Part shown: one piece after another, positions 9,854 through 18,688 of the stretch
Layout of the letters: every line of letters starts with the position of its first letter
How positions within the stretch are numbered: the first letter of the stretch is position 1
IMG/VR virus record: IMGVR_UViG_3300029983_000418
Coordinates: 1 to 28,993 of that record
Direction: 5' to 3' (one strand)
DNA: 28,993 nt
DNA from: a virus
Taxonomy: Duplodnaviria; Caudoviricetes
Made by a program: the position numbers and the translations under genes
The notes under the pieces: generated by a model
The model's database searches: none
The model's input: only the letters and a program-made list of their open reading frames with translations
What the model was told of the DNA's origin: nothing

Positions 9854-10218
9854 GCGAGACAAAAACAAATTTTGTGGACGTTGATGGTAGACTCCTTGCA
9901 AAAGGAGATATGCTCTCACCTACTGTTGGGGATGCAATAGGTACAGGACTCTACAGAGTGGTTTTCTTTAACGGTGATCGAGCGGCATTAGAGACGTACG
10001 GCATCCCCGCCGCTCCTTTGATATCTGCAACGTCTCAGGATATCGCTACGGGCTTTGTAGTCATTACATGCAGCAGTTGCAAGGCGTCGTTGCAGATACG
10101 CTACCTAGAAGTCAACAGCGTGCTTATCGAGGCACCTGAGCGGCACAGGTGTAACAGGTGTAAGTTCGGCCTTCTAGCGGAGTGGGAGGTTGAAGCGGGA
10201 GGCGGTGAACCGACGTGA
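9850..10218 (+). CDS. Hypothetical Zn-ribbon protein
   Basis: CSSC..CNRC; ATGA overlap. Confidence 0.6.
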   Translation: MSETKTNFVDVDGRLLAKGDMLSPTVGDAIGTGLYRVVFFNGDRAALETYGIPAAPLISATSQDIATGFVVITCSSCKASLQIRYLEVNSVLIEAPERHRCNRCKFGLLAEWEVEAGGGEPT

Positions 10219-10505
10219 AAGGATTCCGTGTCTGCGTGGTCTGCGGATATAAAACGTTTTCGCAAACTGCCGATTTTTTCCATCTTCCTCGTTTTCACTG
10301 CGATCAGCTTATGGCGTATCATGTCATTCATGAAGAGATCGAAGCAATAGAGAACGCAACCGATGCGCTTACGATGTTAGAGACAATCGTTCTCTGTGCC
10401 GGGTTAGAGCCTGATATGCGTGCAGGTATGATTGCCGTTATCGAATGGATCAAGAAGATAGGAGAAACAGAGGATGCAAGTAAACGATCAGAAACCGACC
10501 TATAG
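10215..10505 (+). CDS. Hypothetical protein
   Basis: GTGA overlap; CVVC motif. Confidence 0.55.
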   Translation: MKGFRVCVVCGYKTFSQTADFFHLPRFHCDQLMAYHVIHEEIEAIENATDALTMLETIVLCAGLEPDMRAGMIAVIEWIKKIGETEDASKRSETDL

Positions 10506-10803
10506 CGAACGGCAAACCCTTTTTCAAGTGCTCTTGTCCGGGGCCGCACAGACAAGAGACGGCGAGGAAAGATCCTACAACCGTTTCACAACGTCTCTCT
10601 ACGGATCGTACCGTTTGGACGCGGTGAGGTCTATCATGATCAATTTGAATCTATCATATATCGATCAGGTCTATATCACTGGTGGCCGTCAAGGTTTCTG
10701 GTTTACCGGCGTAAGTTTAGATTGGCATCGTAACTTGAATTATATCAAGTGTGTGGAAGGGGTATTAAGTGAACACAGGAGAAGTGAAAGAGCCAACACG
10801 TGA
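10474..10803 (+). CDS. Hypothetical protein
   Basis: ORF in operon with upstream GGAG. Confidence 0.55.
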   Translation: MQVNDQKPTYSERQTLFQVLLSGAAQTRDGEERSYNRFTTSLYGSYRLDAVRSIMINLNLSYIDQVYITGGRQGFWFTGVSLDWHRNLNYIKCVEGVLSEHRRSERANT

Positions 10804-11053
10804 ATACGTGGTGATCCTCAAACAGTTTACCTTTATTGACTACGATATTGTAGTACGCCGGTTGCAGAGGTTTCTTGAGGGGCAATTCAAGATCCTCTCG
10901 TATTCAGGGAGAAAAGAGCCTTACTACGTTACCCTCACCACAACGGAAGGTGAATGGTTCAAGACACATCCTTTACCCGGTGTCGTGATTATTGAACAAC
11001 AATGCTCACATTGCATGGCAGAAAGAAAGGAACAAGCATCCCATGAAATTTGA
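10769..11053 (+). CDS. Hypothetical protein
   Basis: ORF in operon; start uncertain. Confidence 0.5.
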   Translation: MNTGEVKEPTREYVVILKQFTFIDYDIVVRRLQRFLEGQFKILSYSGRKEPYYVTLTTTEGEWFKTHPLPGVVIIEQQCSHCMAERKEQASHEI

Positions 11054-11516
11054 TAGAGAACTCTACCTCAAGACACTTGCCGCCGATGAAGCGTGCAAAG
11101 AGGCCTGCGAGCGGTACACCAGCGCGGCCATGCGCGCCAAAGACGTACCCACGATCCATGCGTTGTATGCCGTATATAAATCTGCACATGCCGCGTACAT
11201 GGAGTGCCTCTATGCCTACGGTAAGAGACAGTATGTTCATAATGATACGATGCAAGAGGCCATTTACTATACCATTTCCCCAGACGGGCATATGAACGGC
11301 CCTTTCTCTAGCACTGTTTCTTCCGGTCTAGACGCGCAAGAGATTGCCCGTCATCTCCGCATCAGATATACCTCCCCTACATGTGATGGGATCTATCTGA
11401 GCGCGATAGACGATATGGTAATAAACATTCTTGCGGTGACGCTTACGCCCCCTGAGAACAGGCCGCATGCCCTGTTAGAAGTTATACCCACGGAGGTGTA
11501 TAGTGGGCACGATTGA
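11043..11516 (+). CDS. Hypothetical protein
   Basis: AAAGGA RBS before MKFDRE. Confidence 0.6.
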   Translation: MKFDRELYLKTLAADEACKEACERYTSAAMRAKDVPTIHALYAVYKSAHAAYMECLYAYGKRQYVHNDTMQEAIYYTISPDGHMNGPFSSTVSSGLDAQEIARHLRIRYTSPTCDGIYLSAIDDMVINILAVTLTPPENRPHALLEVIPTEVYSGHD

Positions 11517-11718
11517 AGATGCTGAAGCGTACAAGGCCGGGGGAGTGTTCGCTGAACAGGTAGACGGTGTTGTGTTTCCTGATGGGCACAAGATCCCCGC
11601 AAATGAAGCCGTCAACTGTGCATCACAATCTGCTGATATCCTCTATAGTGACAAATACGATAAGGGGCGCTTCGTGGCAGGGGTACGCGGATATTATAAA
11701 CGGCGGGCGCGGCGATGA
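11503..11718 (+). CDS. Hypothetical protein
   Basis: GGAGGT RBS, GTG start, ends just before a terminator. Confidence 0.6.
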   Translation: MGTIEDAEAYKAGGVFAEQVDGVVFPDGHKIPANEAVNCASQSADILYSDKYDKGRFVAGVRGYYKRRARR

Positions 11719-11733
11719 ATAACCCATATAGAC

Positions 11734-11770
11734 CGAGAGGCCGCTAGCGAAGATTGCTAGCGGCCTCTCG
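11734..11770. terminator. Hairpin terminator between convergent operons
   Basis: 15-bp perfect stem CGAGAGGCCGCTAGC/GCTAGCGGCCTCTCG. Confidence 0.75.
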
Positions 11771-11941
11771 TTACCATATTTCTTTCCGCTCAGGTTTATG
11801 CTTCGCATGGTGGAGGATGTGTGCATCTACGTCCTTCTCAAGTTTTGAGTGGAAATCGCAAAGTGGGCATCTATACTCATATTGTCGTGACAGTAGCCAT
11901 ACCAGAAACAAAATGATGAAAGCCCATGTGTATACCGACAT
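11771..11941 (-). CDS. 56-aa membrane-anchored C2H2 zinc-finger microprotein (absent from ORF track)
   Basis: MSVYTWAFIILFLVWLLSRQYEYRCPLCDFHSKLEKDVDAHILHHAKHKPERKEIW; GAGG RBS; stop codon abuts the terminator. Confidence 0.7.
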   Translation of the reverse strand: MSVYTWAFIILFLVWLLSRQYEYRCPLCDFHSKLEKDVDAHILHHAKHKPERKEIW

Positions 11942-11949
11942 CTTTATCC

Positions 11950-11992
11950 TCTTGTCCGTGTTTTTGCGAATATTTCTTGTCCGTGTTTTTGC
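11950..11992. repeat. 18-bp direct repeat x2
   Basis: TCTTGTCCGTGTTTTTGC at 11950 and 11975. Confidence 0.8.
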
Positions 11993-12017
11993 TTCTTTTT
12001 TGGAGGCAAATCTCCAA

Positions 12018-12413
12018 TTATTGGGAGATCCATTCCTCTCGTTCCTGACGTGCCCTATAGGGACTCCTCACACGCTTAAACCCTATGCCGTAAATTGTCT
12101 GTACCGGTTGCCCGATTAGCTCAGGATTGCCGTTCCCCATATATGAGTGGAAAAGCTTGGGCGCGGCGGTGAGGCGTTGCGAAACAATCACACCATCATT
12201 GACGCACACAATTTGTCGCCCTTTACCGCTATCAATGGATCGTTGATAGACTACCCATCCGGCTACAGGTGCCCGGCGTGGTGGAAGTCCTAACTCACGC
12301 CTGAGCAGATCTTCCATGTACATGCTCCGCAAGTTTTGTTGTGTCTTTTCCTGTAGCGCATTGATCACATCACCTGAGAGCATGAACATCGTTGGCACTT
12401 TCTTTTCTGACAT
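12018..12413 (-). CDS. Putative ribbon-helix-helix regulator with an extra C-terminal domain
   Basis: KVPTMFMLSGDVINAL..RSMYMEDLLRREL strand-helix-helix pattern; AAGGGG RBS. Confidence 0.6.
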   Translation of the reverse strand: MSEKKVPTMFMLSGDVINALQEKTQQNLRSMYMEDLLRRELGLPPRRAPVAGWVVYQRSIDSGKGRQIVCVNDGVIVSQRLTAAPKLFHSYMGNGNPELIGQPVQTIYGIGFKRVRSPYRARQEREEWISQ

Positions 12414-12457
12414 CGTTGTATCCCCTTCTTCTTGAAGACAATTCCTTTTCTTTGTGT

Positions 12458-12486
12458 AGAGTATCATGCATATGTATGTCCTGCAA
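12458..12486 (-). promoter_or_regulatory. sigma70-type promoter of the leftward operon
   Basis: TTGCAG-17 bp-TACTCT with TGn extension on the minus strand. Confidence 0.5.
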
Positions 12487-12757
12487 GCTTTTTCATTTTG
12501 TTGAAAAAGAGAAAGGTCCCGTCATGAGGCGTATGCATATTCGTATTACATGTAAGGCGTGCGCACACGCTAAGTAGACCCCCCCCCCGGTCAAAGTAGA
12601 CTCATCTATTCACTCCACATCCAGGGGCTTAACCACATCCGTATGAGACATCAGGGTGCTGCAGCTCTCATGTGCAATGTGTTCCTATAGAGAAGAGAAG
12701 ACAGAAAAGATATGATCTTGCAGATTGAAAACATCACAAAAATACTTTGAAAACCAC

Positions 12758-12786
12758 TTGACAAATGTATTAGATAAGAGCATAAT
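12758..12786 (+). promoter_or_regulatory. sigma70-type promoter
   Basis: TTGACA-17 bp-CATAAT with A-rich upstream sequence. Confidence 0.75.
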
Positions 12787-12857
12787 TGACAGTAGAAACC
12801 CCGATGTATGCGAAACAATAAAACAACAGTTTACTAGAAGAAAGAAGGGAACTATCA

Positions 12858-13757
12858 ATGTCTAAAGCTTATCCATTCGCTGTTGCCGACTCAAGAGGCT
12901 TAGATCTTGCCACTATCCAGCATCATGTACCGTCAATTTTTGCTTCTGAGAAGCATGATAGCCGCTCACAGCGTTACACCTATATCCCAACATCCATTAT
13001 CCTCGAACAGCTCTCTAAAGAGGGCTTTGTCGTCACTGCCGCTATGCAGTCACGGTCACGCATCGAGGGCAAGACTGAGTACACAAAGCACCTTGTGCGT
13101 TTGTGCCACCGTAACGAACTGGCAAAGCAGAACCGCATTGAGGCTGTACTTATCAATTCCCACGATGGCACTTCTGCTTACAAGCTTCTGCAAGGTATGT
13201 TCCGTATGGTCTGTTCTAACGGGCAGATATCCGGGGACTACCAGACACCTATCAGCATTCATCATAAAGGCGATATTGCTAGCAACGTCGTCGAGGGCAC
13301 TTTGCGTATTATTGAAGAGAGCGGCGAACTTGCCAACTCCATCGAAGAGATGAGCCACATCTCCCTCTCACGACCCGAACAAGCACTCTTGTCTGAACTT
13401 TCCATGCGTGCCCGCTACGGTCAAGTCGAAGAAGTCGATCCCGATACCGGCATTGTCGTTGTAGGGAATGCGCCCGTTGCGTTTCGCCCAGAACAATTCT
13501 TACGCGCCCGGCGCCGTGAGGACTCCACAGACAGCAACATGAATCGCTCACTTTGGGTTACAGAGAATGTCATTCAAGAGAACATGATGCGTGGCGGCAT
13601 TGCTACCCGTGACGAACGTGGCAAAAAGCACTCCACACGCGCCGTCAACAGCGTTGACACCAACGTCAAACTAAACCAGTTGCTATGGGGACTAGCCGAA
13701 GGGATGAAAAAGATCAAGCAAGGTGCTGACATTGAGAGCCTCTTGTCTACCATGTAG
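12858..13757 (+). CDS. DUF932 (YubP/YfjQ-like) protein
   Basis: VPSIFA..KHDSRSQRYTYIPT, TKHLVRL, LINSHDGTSAY, GMFRMVCSNG, NVKLNQLLW. Confidence 0.9.
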   Translation: MSKAYPFAVADSRGLDLATIQHHVPSIFASEKHDSRSQRYTYIPTSIILEQLSKEGFVVTAAMQSRSRIEGKTEYTKHLVRLCHRNELAKQNRIEAVLINSHDGTSAYKLLQGMFRMVCSNGQISGDYQTPISIHHKGDIASNVVEGTLRIIEESGELANSIEEMSHISLSRPEQALLSELSMRARYGQVEEVDPDTGIVVVGNAPVAFRPEQFLRARRREDSTDSNMNRSLWVTENVIQENMMRGGIATRDERGKKHSTRAVNSVDTNVKLNQLLWGLAEGMKKIKQGADIESLLSTM

Positions 13758-13765
13758 TGAAACCT

Positions 13766-13794
13766 GTAAGGAGTGGTACCTCATCACTCCTTAC
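13766..13794 (+). terminator. Terminator hairpin
   Basis: 10-bp stem GTAAGGAGTG/CACTCCTTAC followed by a pyrimidine run. Confidence 0.6.
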
Positions 13795-13841
13795 TCTCTT
13801 CTCTTATTCGACAAATATTCTATCTATAAGGAGAAACGACA

Positions 13842-14300
13842 ATGACGAATCATACACCTATTGGCTATGTTTGGAGTGACTCTACTGTCCTTTGTCATGA
13901 TGCAGCAACTTCTCTCTATGACCCTGATAAAGACGAAGGAAACGAGATGGGTAGTGCTGGTGCAATCTTCGAGTGGGACGAAGATGCTACGACTCTCTAC
14001 TGTGAAGAACATAACCAGACGTTACTAGAATGCGCTGGTTATCAGCTTGACGACGACGACGAACCAGGAGAAGAAGAAGAAGACTCTGCCGACATATGCA
14101 ATCTTTCGTATAGCTATCTATCTTCCTTGCCTACACTCAGTGTAGGGCAATCTGATAATCTGAAGATAGAGACGGATAAAGCGCGTGTCTGGTTGGCGCG
14201 TACGTCCATTGGAGACGGTGAGAAGTTTAAGCACCGTGTTTCCATTGAGAATTACCGCAATGGAAAATGGGAAACTGTTTACGACTATGAAGCGCTCTAA
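13842..14300 (+). CDS. Acidic hypothetical protein
   Basis: AAGGAG RBS; D/E tract. Confidence 0.65.
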   Translation: MTNHTPIGYVWSDSTVLCHDAATSLYDPDKDEGNEMGSAGAIFEWDEDATTLYCEEHNQTLLECAGYQLDDDDEPGEEEEDSADICNLSYSYLSSLPTLSVGQSDNLKIETDKARVWLARTSIGDGEKFKHRVSIENYRNGKWETVYDYEAL

Positions 14301-14328
14301 AGACTAGCAAGAAGAAGAGGATTCCATC

Positions 14329-14874
14329 ATGACAACGACAACGACAATGAGTGCAATGCAACAGCTAGAACACGCTGAACGCATCCGAAGAGGGTACCCT
14401 ACGGCTATGTTACGTGCATCCTCTGTCCCAGTTCTTCAAGGCATAGGACACGTACTAGAAATACCAGAGACCGACTCTTATATCTCACAGTACGGACTCT
14501 ATCGTCTCATCAACACCTTCATTGATAGGCAAGTAGGACTTGCTCACTACCGTATCCAGCAAGAGAAGAAGTACGTCACACAACCTATTGCAACACCTCA
14601 CGACATACCCGTTTTCTCTACACATTTGATGCCAGAGAGTGAACTTGACACGCTTTGTAAAAGGCTTCAGAGCGTCTCTGGCAAGCATGAGGATGCCTAT
14701 AAACACATAGCCTCTCTTATTGAGCGTGAGACCATGGTAGCGCGTGCTAGCATGCATAGCGGTGGTGTTGTGACACATGTTATTCTCTCACTACGGTTAT
14801 ATGCATGCGTGTGCCTCTCGCAACAGTTACGCTCCTGCATAGCCCGTGTGTGTGATCTACTAGAAGGGAAATAG
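14329..14874 (+). CDS. Hypothetical protein
   Basis: GAGG RBS and shared CCATCATG leader. Confidence 0.65.
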   Translation: MTTTTTMSAMQQLEHAERIRRGYPTAMLRASSVPVLQGIGHVLEIPETDSYISQYGLYRLINTFIDRQVGLAHYRIQQEKKYVTQPIATPHDIPVFSTHLMPESELDTLCKRLQSVSGKHEDAYKHIASLIERETMVARASMHSGGVVTHVILSLRLYACVCLSQQLRSCIARVCDLLEGK

Positions 14875-14878
14875 ACAA

Positions 14879-15058
14879 ATGACAAAGAAAACTATACGCT
14901 GCAATAATTGCTATCGACTGCTCACAATAAAAGAGATGTCAGTCTATGACCTCATCTGGCAACGGAGCGGAGATATGTATTGTAAGCATTGCCGAGCCTG
15001 TGTAGATGATTGTAGACGTACGCCTTGCCTAGCAAAAAGGAATGCACATGTACAATAG
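14879..15058 (+). CDS. 59-aa Cys-rich Zn-ribbon microprotein (absent from ORF track)
   Basis: MTKKTIRCNNC..YCKHCRAC..; AAGGGA RBS; fills the gap between neighbouring genes. Confidence 0.6.
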   Translation: MTKKTIRCNNCYRLLTIKEMSVYDLIWQRSGDMYCKHCRACVDDCRRTPCLAKRNAHVQ

Positions 15059-15419
15059 TTTTGATTGGTATTGGAATGACACTACGGGCATGTATGCCCA
15101 CTTACAGTCTCTACAATCGAATCCTAGTGCTTTCTTACTTGCTCTTCTCTCTATCGATAAGGAGCGGCACAAACACGACATAGCCGCTTTGCAGAAAGCT
15201 ATGGCGGCTATGGAGAAGAAGAAGCCCGCATACAATATCGATGAGGATCTCGCTACGATTGCTACACTCAAGAGTGAGCTGTCCGACATTGATTCGTCTA
15301 TTAAGGCGATACAAAATGATCAGAAGAAGAGACCAGTGGCACGCGCACAAGTAGCACCAGCCCCAAAAAGGAAACGGCACACCAGACGCCTCTTTTTCTT
15401 TGGCGCAAAGCATCTATAA
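15042..15419 (+). CDS. Coiled-coil hypothetical protein
   Basis: AAGGA RBS. Confidence 0.6.
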   Translation: MHMYNSFDWYWNDTTGMYAHLQSLQSNPSAFLLALLSIDKERHKHDIAALQKAMAAMEKKKPAYNIDEDLATIATLKSELSDIDSSIKAIQNDQKKRPVARAQVAPAPKRKRHTRRLFFFGAKHL

Positions 15420-15444
15420 AGGAACGGATAGAAAGGATACAACA

Positions 15445-15747
15445 ATGAATCTACAAGATATACGCCTTGACGATGGATCACTTCCTGCTTACGCGTGGCC
15501 GGGAGGATACAACCTCTTTTACTTCGATGAAGAGAACCTTGTCTTATGCCCCTCATGTGCCAACAAAGAAGATATGTCAACAGAAGTCGTAGCCTATGAT
15601 GTGAACTGGGAAGATGAATCCCTCTACTGTGACGATTGTTCAAAACAGATACACTCATCCTACGGTGATGACGAAGAAGAAGAAGAAGAAGAGAATACCA
15701 TACTAGACAATGATGCAATAAAGCGTGCTACCATAGCTGACAACTAA
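15445..15747 (+). CDS. Acidic Zn-binding hypothetical protein
   Basis: YAWPGGY..LCPSCA..LYCDDC and poly-E; AAGGA RBS. Confidence 0.7.
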   Translation: MNLQDIRLDDGSLPAYAWPGGYNLFYFDEENLVLCPSCANKEDMSTEVVAYDVNWEDESLYCDDCSKQIHSSYGDDEEEEEEENTILDNDAIKRATIADN

Positions 15748-15756
15748 CCAGATAAA

Positions 15757-15792
15757 CCAACGAATATTCTCATGTTCTAGAATATTCGTTGG
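15757..15792. terminator. Hairpin (terminator or operator)
   Basis: 14-bp perfect inverted repeat CCAACGAATATTCT/AGAATATTCGTTGG. Confidence 0.6.
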
Positions 15793-15798
15793 AAATGA

Positions 15799-15829
15799 TT
15801 GACAAATATACCATGAAAAGGTGTATAAT
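15799..15829 (+). promoter_or_regulatory. sigma70-type promoter with long spacer
   Basis: TTGACA-19 bp-TATAAT. Confidence 0.55.
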
Positions 15830-15867
15830 AAAAATAAAACAACACACACAAGAAAGAGGTTTCCATC

Positions 15868-17088
15868 ATGAATGCACACACAAAAGGTATCGGTTACGCA
15901 ACGTCACTGGTTACATATCGCGCTGACATCACACGTGAGGATTTTGATTCAACTGTTAAGGAATATTCCTTAACAGTTTACAAGCGTGCAAGCACACAAG
16001 CACAGTTTATCGAGGGTGCTAACTATCAGGTTGAGGGGCGTTTTTTCTGCAATGATGTGAAGATTGCACGTCACGTTAACCACCTTCTTAATGCTATCAA
16101 TGCCCACAAACGTGAGGATAACTTTGCTAAGGTCACAGGCCGTACACTTGAGTCACATCGTAACAATATCCTTTACGCACAATATGAAAAAGCCTACGAT
16201 AGCTTACTGACCTATAACTTTCCCTCTCACATCTTCCATAGTGACAAGGACGGCTATCTGATTCTCTCACCTGTTAACTTTGTTGAGGAAGAAAAGGAAG
16301 AAGACATCGTTGTCGAGACCCTTACAGAACTTGTGCTCACACATACTGAAGAGGTCGAGCAATATTATGTGCTCCTCCCACTAGAAGCACCTTACACCCC
16401 ACAAAATTTTCCTTGTCTAGCGAACGGTTGCTACGATTATGAAAACTTCACTCTTGAGGATGAACTCAATATCCACCGTCTTGATAGTGGCGTTGTACGC
16501 GCTTCTAAAACGCCTATGCGTGGCATCCGTTTCGATTATGTACATGGTCATGGTCGTTGTGTATGCGACGCGTACGTCAGCCTAAACCACGAATACAGCT
16601 ATTGTAAATGTGGTCGTGAGTACCTACAAAGCGGCGTGCTCTTTAGCAATCGTAACGCGCCTGGACTCACCGATAAAGAGGCTGAGTCCATTGCAATGGC
16701 ACAGTACGAACGTGCAAGCGTCTACCTACAAGCGGCAGAAGCAGAAGTTGAGAAGGTCAAACAAGCCATTGAGGTATACTTTACTCTCTATCCTGAGGAG
16801 CGCGAATTGTTTTCAGGGCAGACACCACGCATTTTTGACAAGTACGAACGTATCGCCGCCTATGATCTACGCTGTGCGCAAGAATATTTAGAGTCTATTG
16901 TTGTTGATCTCCATGAGGATCGACAAGGTATCCAAGAAAGTGAGAAAGAAGCTATGCCAACAACCAACGAACAAGCACCTCTTAATGAAGGTGTAGATAA
17001 TATCGGTGATATTGAATATGGATATGTTGACCCGGATGGAAACGACTATGCTATTGGAGTGGCACAAGCACAAGAAGTCGAAGAATAG
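15868..17088 (+). CDS. Hypothetical protein, probably multi-domain
   Basis: 406-aa ORF, GAGG RBS, CVC..CKCG motif. Confidence 0.7.
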   Translation: MNAHTKGIGYATSLVTYRADITREDFDSTVKEYSLTVYKRASTQAQFIEGANYQVEGRFFCNDVKIARHVNHLLNAINAHKREDNFAKVTGRTLESHRNNILYAQYEKAYDSLLTYNFPSHIFHSDKDGYLILSPVNFVEEEKEEDIVVETLTELVLTHTEEVEQYYVLLPLEAPYTPQNFPCLANGCYDYENFTLEDELNIHRLDSGVVRASKTPMRGIRFDYVHGHGRCVCDAYVSLNHEYSYCKCGREYLQSGVLFSNRNAPGLTDKEAESIAMAQYERASVYLQAAEAEVEKVKQAIEVYFTLYPEERELFSGQTPRIFDKYERIAAYDLRCAQEYLESIVVDLHEDRQGIQESEKEAMPTTNEQAPLNEGVDNIGDIEYGYVDPDGNDYAIGVAQAQEVEE

Positions 17089-17093
17089 TTATC

Positions 17094-17133
17094 ATCCTTT
17101 AGTGATGAGGTGTAAGACGCACCACTAAAGGAT
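17094..17133. terminator. Intergenic hairpin
   Basis: 11-bp stem ATCCTTTAGTG/CACTAAAGGAT. Confidence 0.5.
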
Positions 17134-17153
17134 ATGAAAGAAGGGATACCATC

Positions 17154-17375
17154 ATGAATCTTAAGAATGCGATCACACACTACCACCAACTACGTGCAAC
17201 GGCACAAGAGGCGAATGCACAATTCGCATATGGTAAGGTTCTCATCTGCATTGAGAACGCCCGTACGACTACAGAAGCTTTGTCATACTTGCATGACGAA
17301 GTATCTAATGCTACAAGCACACAACGTCGTGAGATATACATTGATGCAATCTTTGCAATGCATAAGGAGAATTAG
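17154..17375 (+). CDS. Hypothetical protein
   Basis: AAGGGA RBS and CCATCATG leader. Confidence 0.6.
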   Translation: MNLKNAITHYHQLRATAQEANAQFAYGKVLICIENARTTTEALSYLHDEVSNATSTQRREIYIDAIFAMHKEN

Positions 17376-17445
17376 ATAATGACAATTCGACTTACGCACG
17401 CTAGGGTACCCGTATAGCACGAAAGAAGAAAGAAGAGATACCATC

Positions 17446-17703
17446 ATGATAGACCAGAAAGAAAATCTTGAGGCTATGATAAAAAACGTCCGTACACTCC
17501 TTACACTCTACAGCGTTGAGAACCTCATGAAACACTATACCCGTCAGGAGCTTTACACTAGATGTATGTATAAGGATATCCCGGTCACAACTCATATGCG
17601 CAAAGCTCTAATTGCCCACATGTTCAATGCGTACTGGCAAAACAAACATGATGCTCTTGTCATAGAACACATGCAAAAGTACCCTCTCATAGAAGAAGAT
17701 TGA
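17446..17703 (+). CDS. Hypothetical protein
   Basis: Shared CCATCATG leader. Confidence 0.6.
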   Translation: MIDQKENLEAMIKNVRTLLTLYSVENLMKHYTRQELYTRCMYKDIPVTTHMRKALIAHMFNAYWQNKHDALVIEHMQKYPLIEED

Positions 17704-17758
17704 CGGATAGGCGTGCATGCCGTATGATGTCGTATAGCATATTTGCTACTAGGATATC

Positions 17759-18058
17759 ATGGGCACACATTTACAAATTGCTCAACAACAATATAGAGTA
17801 CTCTACTACACCCCGAGCGAGACAATGGACTTGCTCGGGGTATGTCGTCGTACGCTAGAACGCTACGTCCACAAGAAGAGGCTCACACGCTACAAACAAG
17901 GAAGATATACCCTGTACAACAAGATTGAAGTACAGGGTATATTTGCCGAGATGAAGATGATTAGAGAAGAGGGAAAAGAAGATGAGTTTGCCCAACAGCT
18001 CAAGGCACTATCGCTACGACATACCAGAGAGAAGAAAAGCACTAGACCAACGCTATAG
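17759..18058 (+). CDS. Excisionase/MerR-like HTH DNA-binding protein
   Basis: YYTPSETMDLLGVCRRTLERYVHKKRL..YKQGRYTLY. Confidence 0.75.
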   Translation: MGTHLQIAQQQYRVLYYTPSETMDLLGVCRRTLERYVHKKRLTRYKQGRYTLYNKIEVQGIFAEMKMIREEGKEDEFAQQLKALSLRHTREKKSTRPTL

Positions 18059-18653
18059 ATCCATCGTACCCGTTACGAAGAGACGGCATGCCGATGTCAT
18101 AACCAACAATGATGAGACCATGGTGAGAACAGCGCCCTCTCTTGCTACCGTTACCGCTCCATACAGGGCACATGCCTATCAGGAGAAGAAAAAGAGAAGT
18201 ACCACACAAGAAGAGATCAGATGCCAAGGTGTACCCGAGAATCAAACACGCTTCGTTACCCTCTGTCTCTTTGGCGCTATCGCTATGTGTGCACTCCTGT
18301 ATGCTGCACTTAGCATCTCAGTGAGCGTACAAAACACGTACGCTCACTACACGCTAGGACAGTACCCGACATCACAAGCAACAACACCAGATGGTGAGAC
18401 ACATGTGATCACAACCATCATTGATAGCAGTAGGCTAACCGTGATTGCCATAGACGCCCACCAGCATACAGAGTCAACGACTATTGCACTCATTGATAAA
18501 AGTATCATTGTCTCTGGTCTCACTGTGAGGCTCGATGATCAGCACAATTGTATCGTAACGCTTACAACGGGCTTCAATGCGTGGCCCACACAACGGCAGA
18601 TAGAGCATACATACACGCTCACATGGAAGAATGATCACTATACATTGCAGTAG
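17982..18653 (+). CDS. Single-pass membrane protein (start uncertain)
   Basis: Hydrophobic FVTLCLFGAIAMCALLYAALSISV followed by a Thr-rich domain. Confidence 0.6.
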   Translation: MSLPNSSRHYRYDIPERRKALDQRYRSIVPVTKRRHADVITNNDETMVRTAPSLATVTAPYRAHAYQEKKKRSTTQEEIRCQGVPENQTRFVTLCLFGAIAMCALLYAALSISVSVQNTYAHYTLGQYPTSQATTPDGETHVITTIIDSSRLTVIAIDAHQHTESTTIALIDKSIIVSGLTVRLDDQHNCIVTLTTGFNAWPTQRQIEHTYTLTWKNDHYTLQ

Positions 18654-18688
18654 AGTGAAGAAGAAAAGAGAAGAAAGGGATTATCCTT

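Noticed and set aside
11754-12119. 121-aa plus-strand ORF
   Set aside because: Shadow of better-supported minus-strand genes and begins inside a terminator
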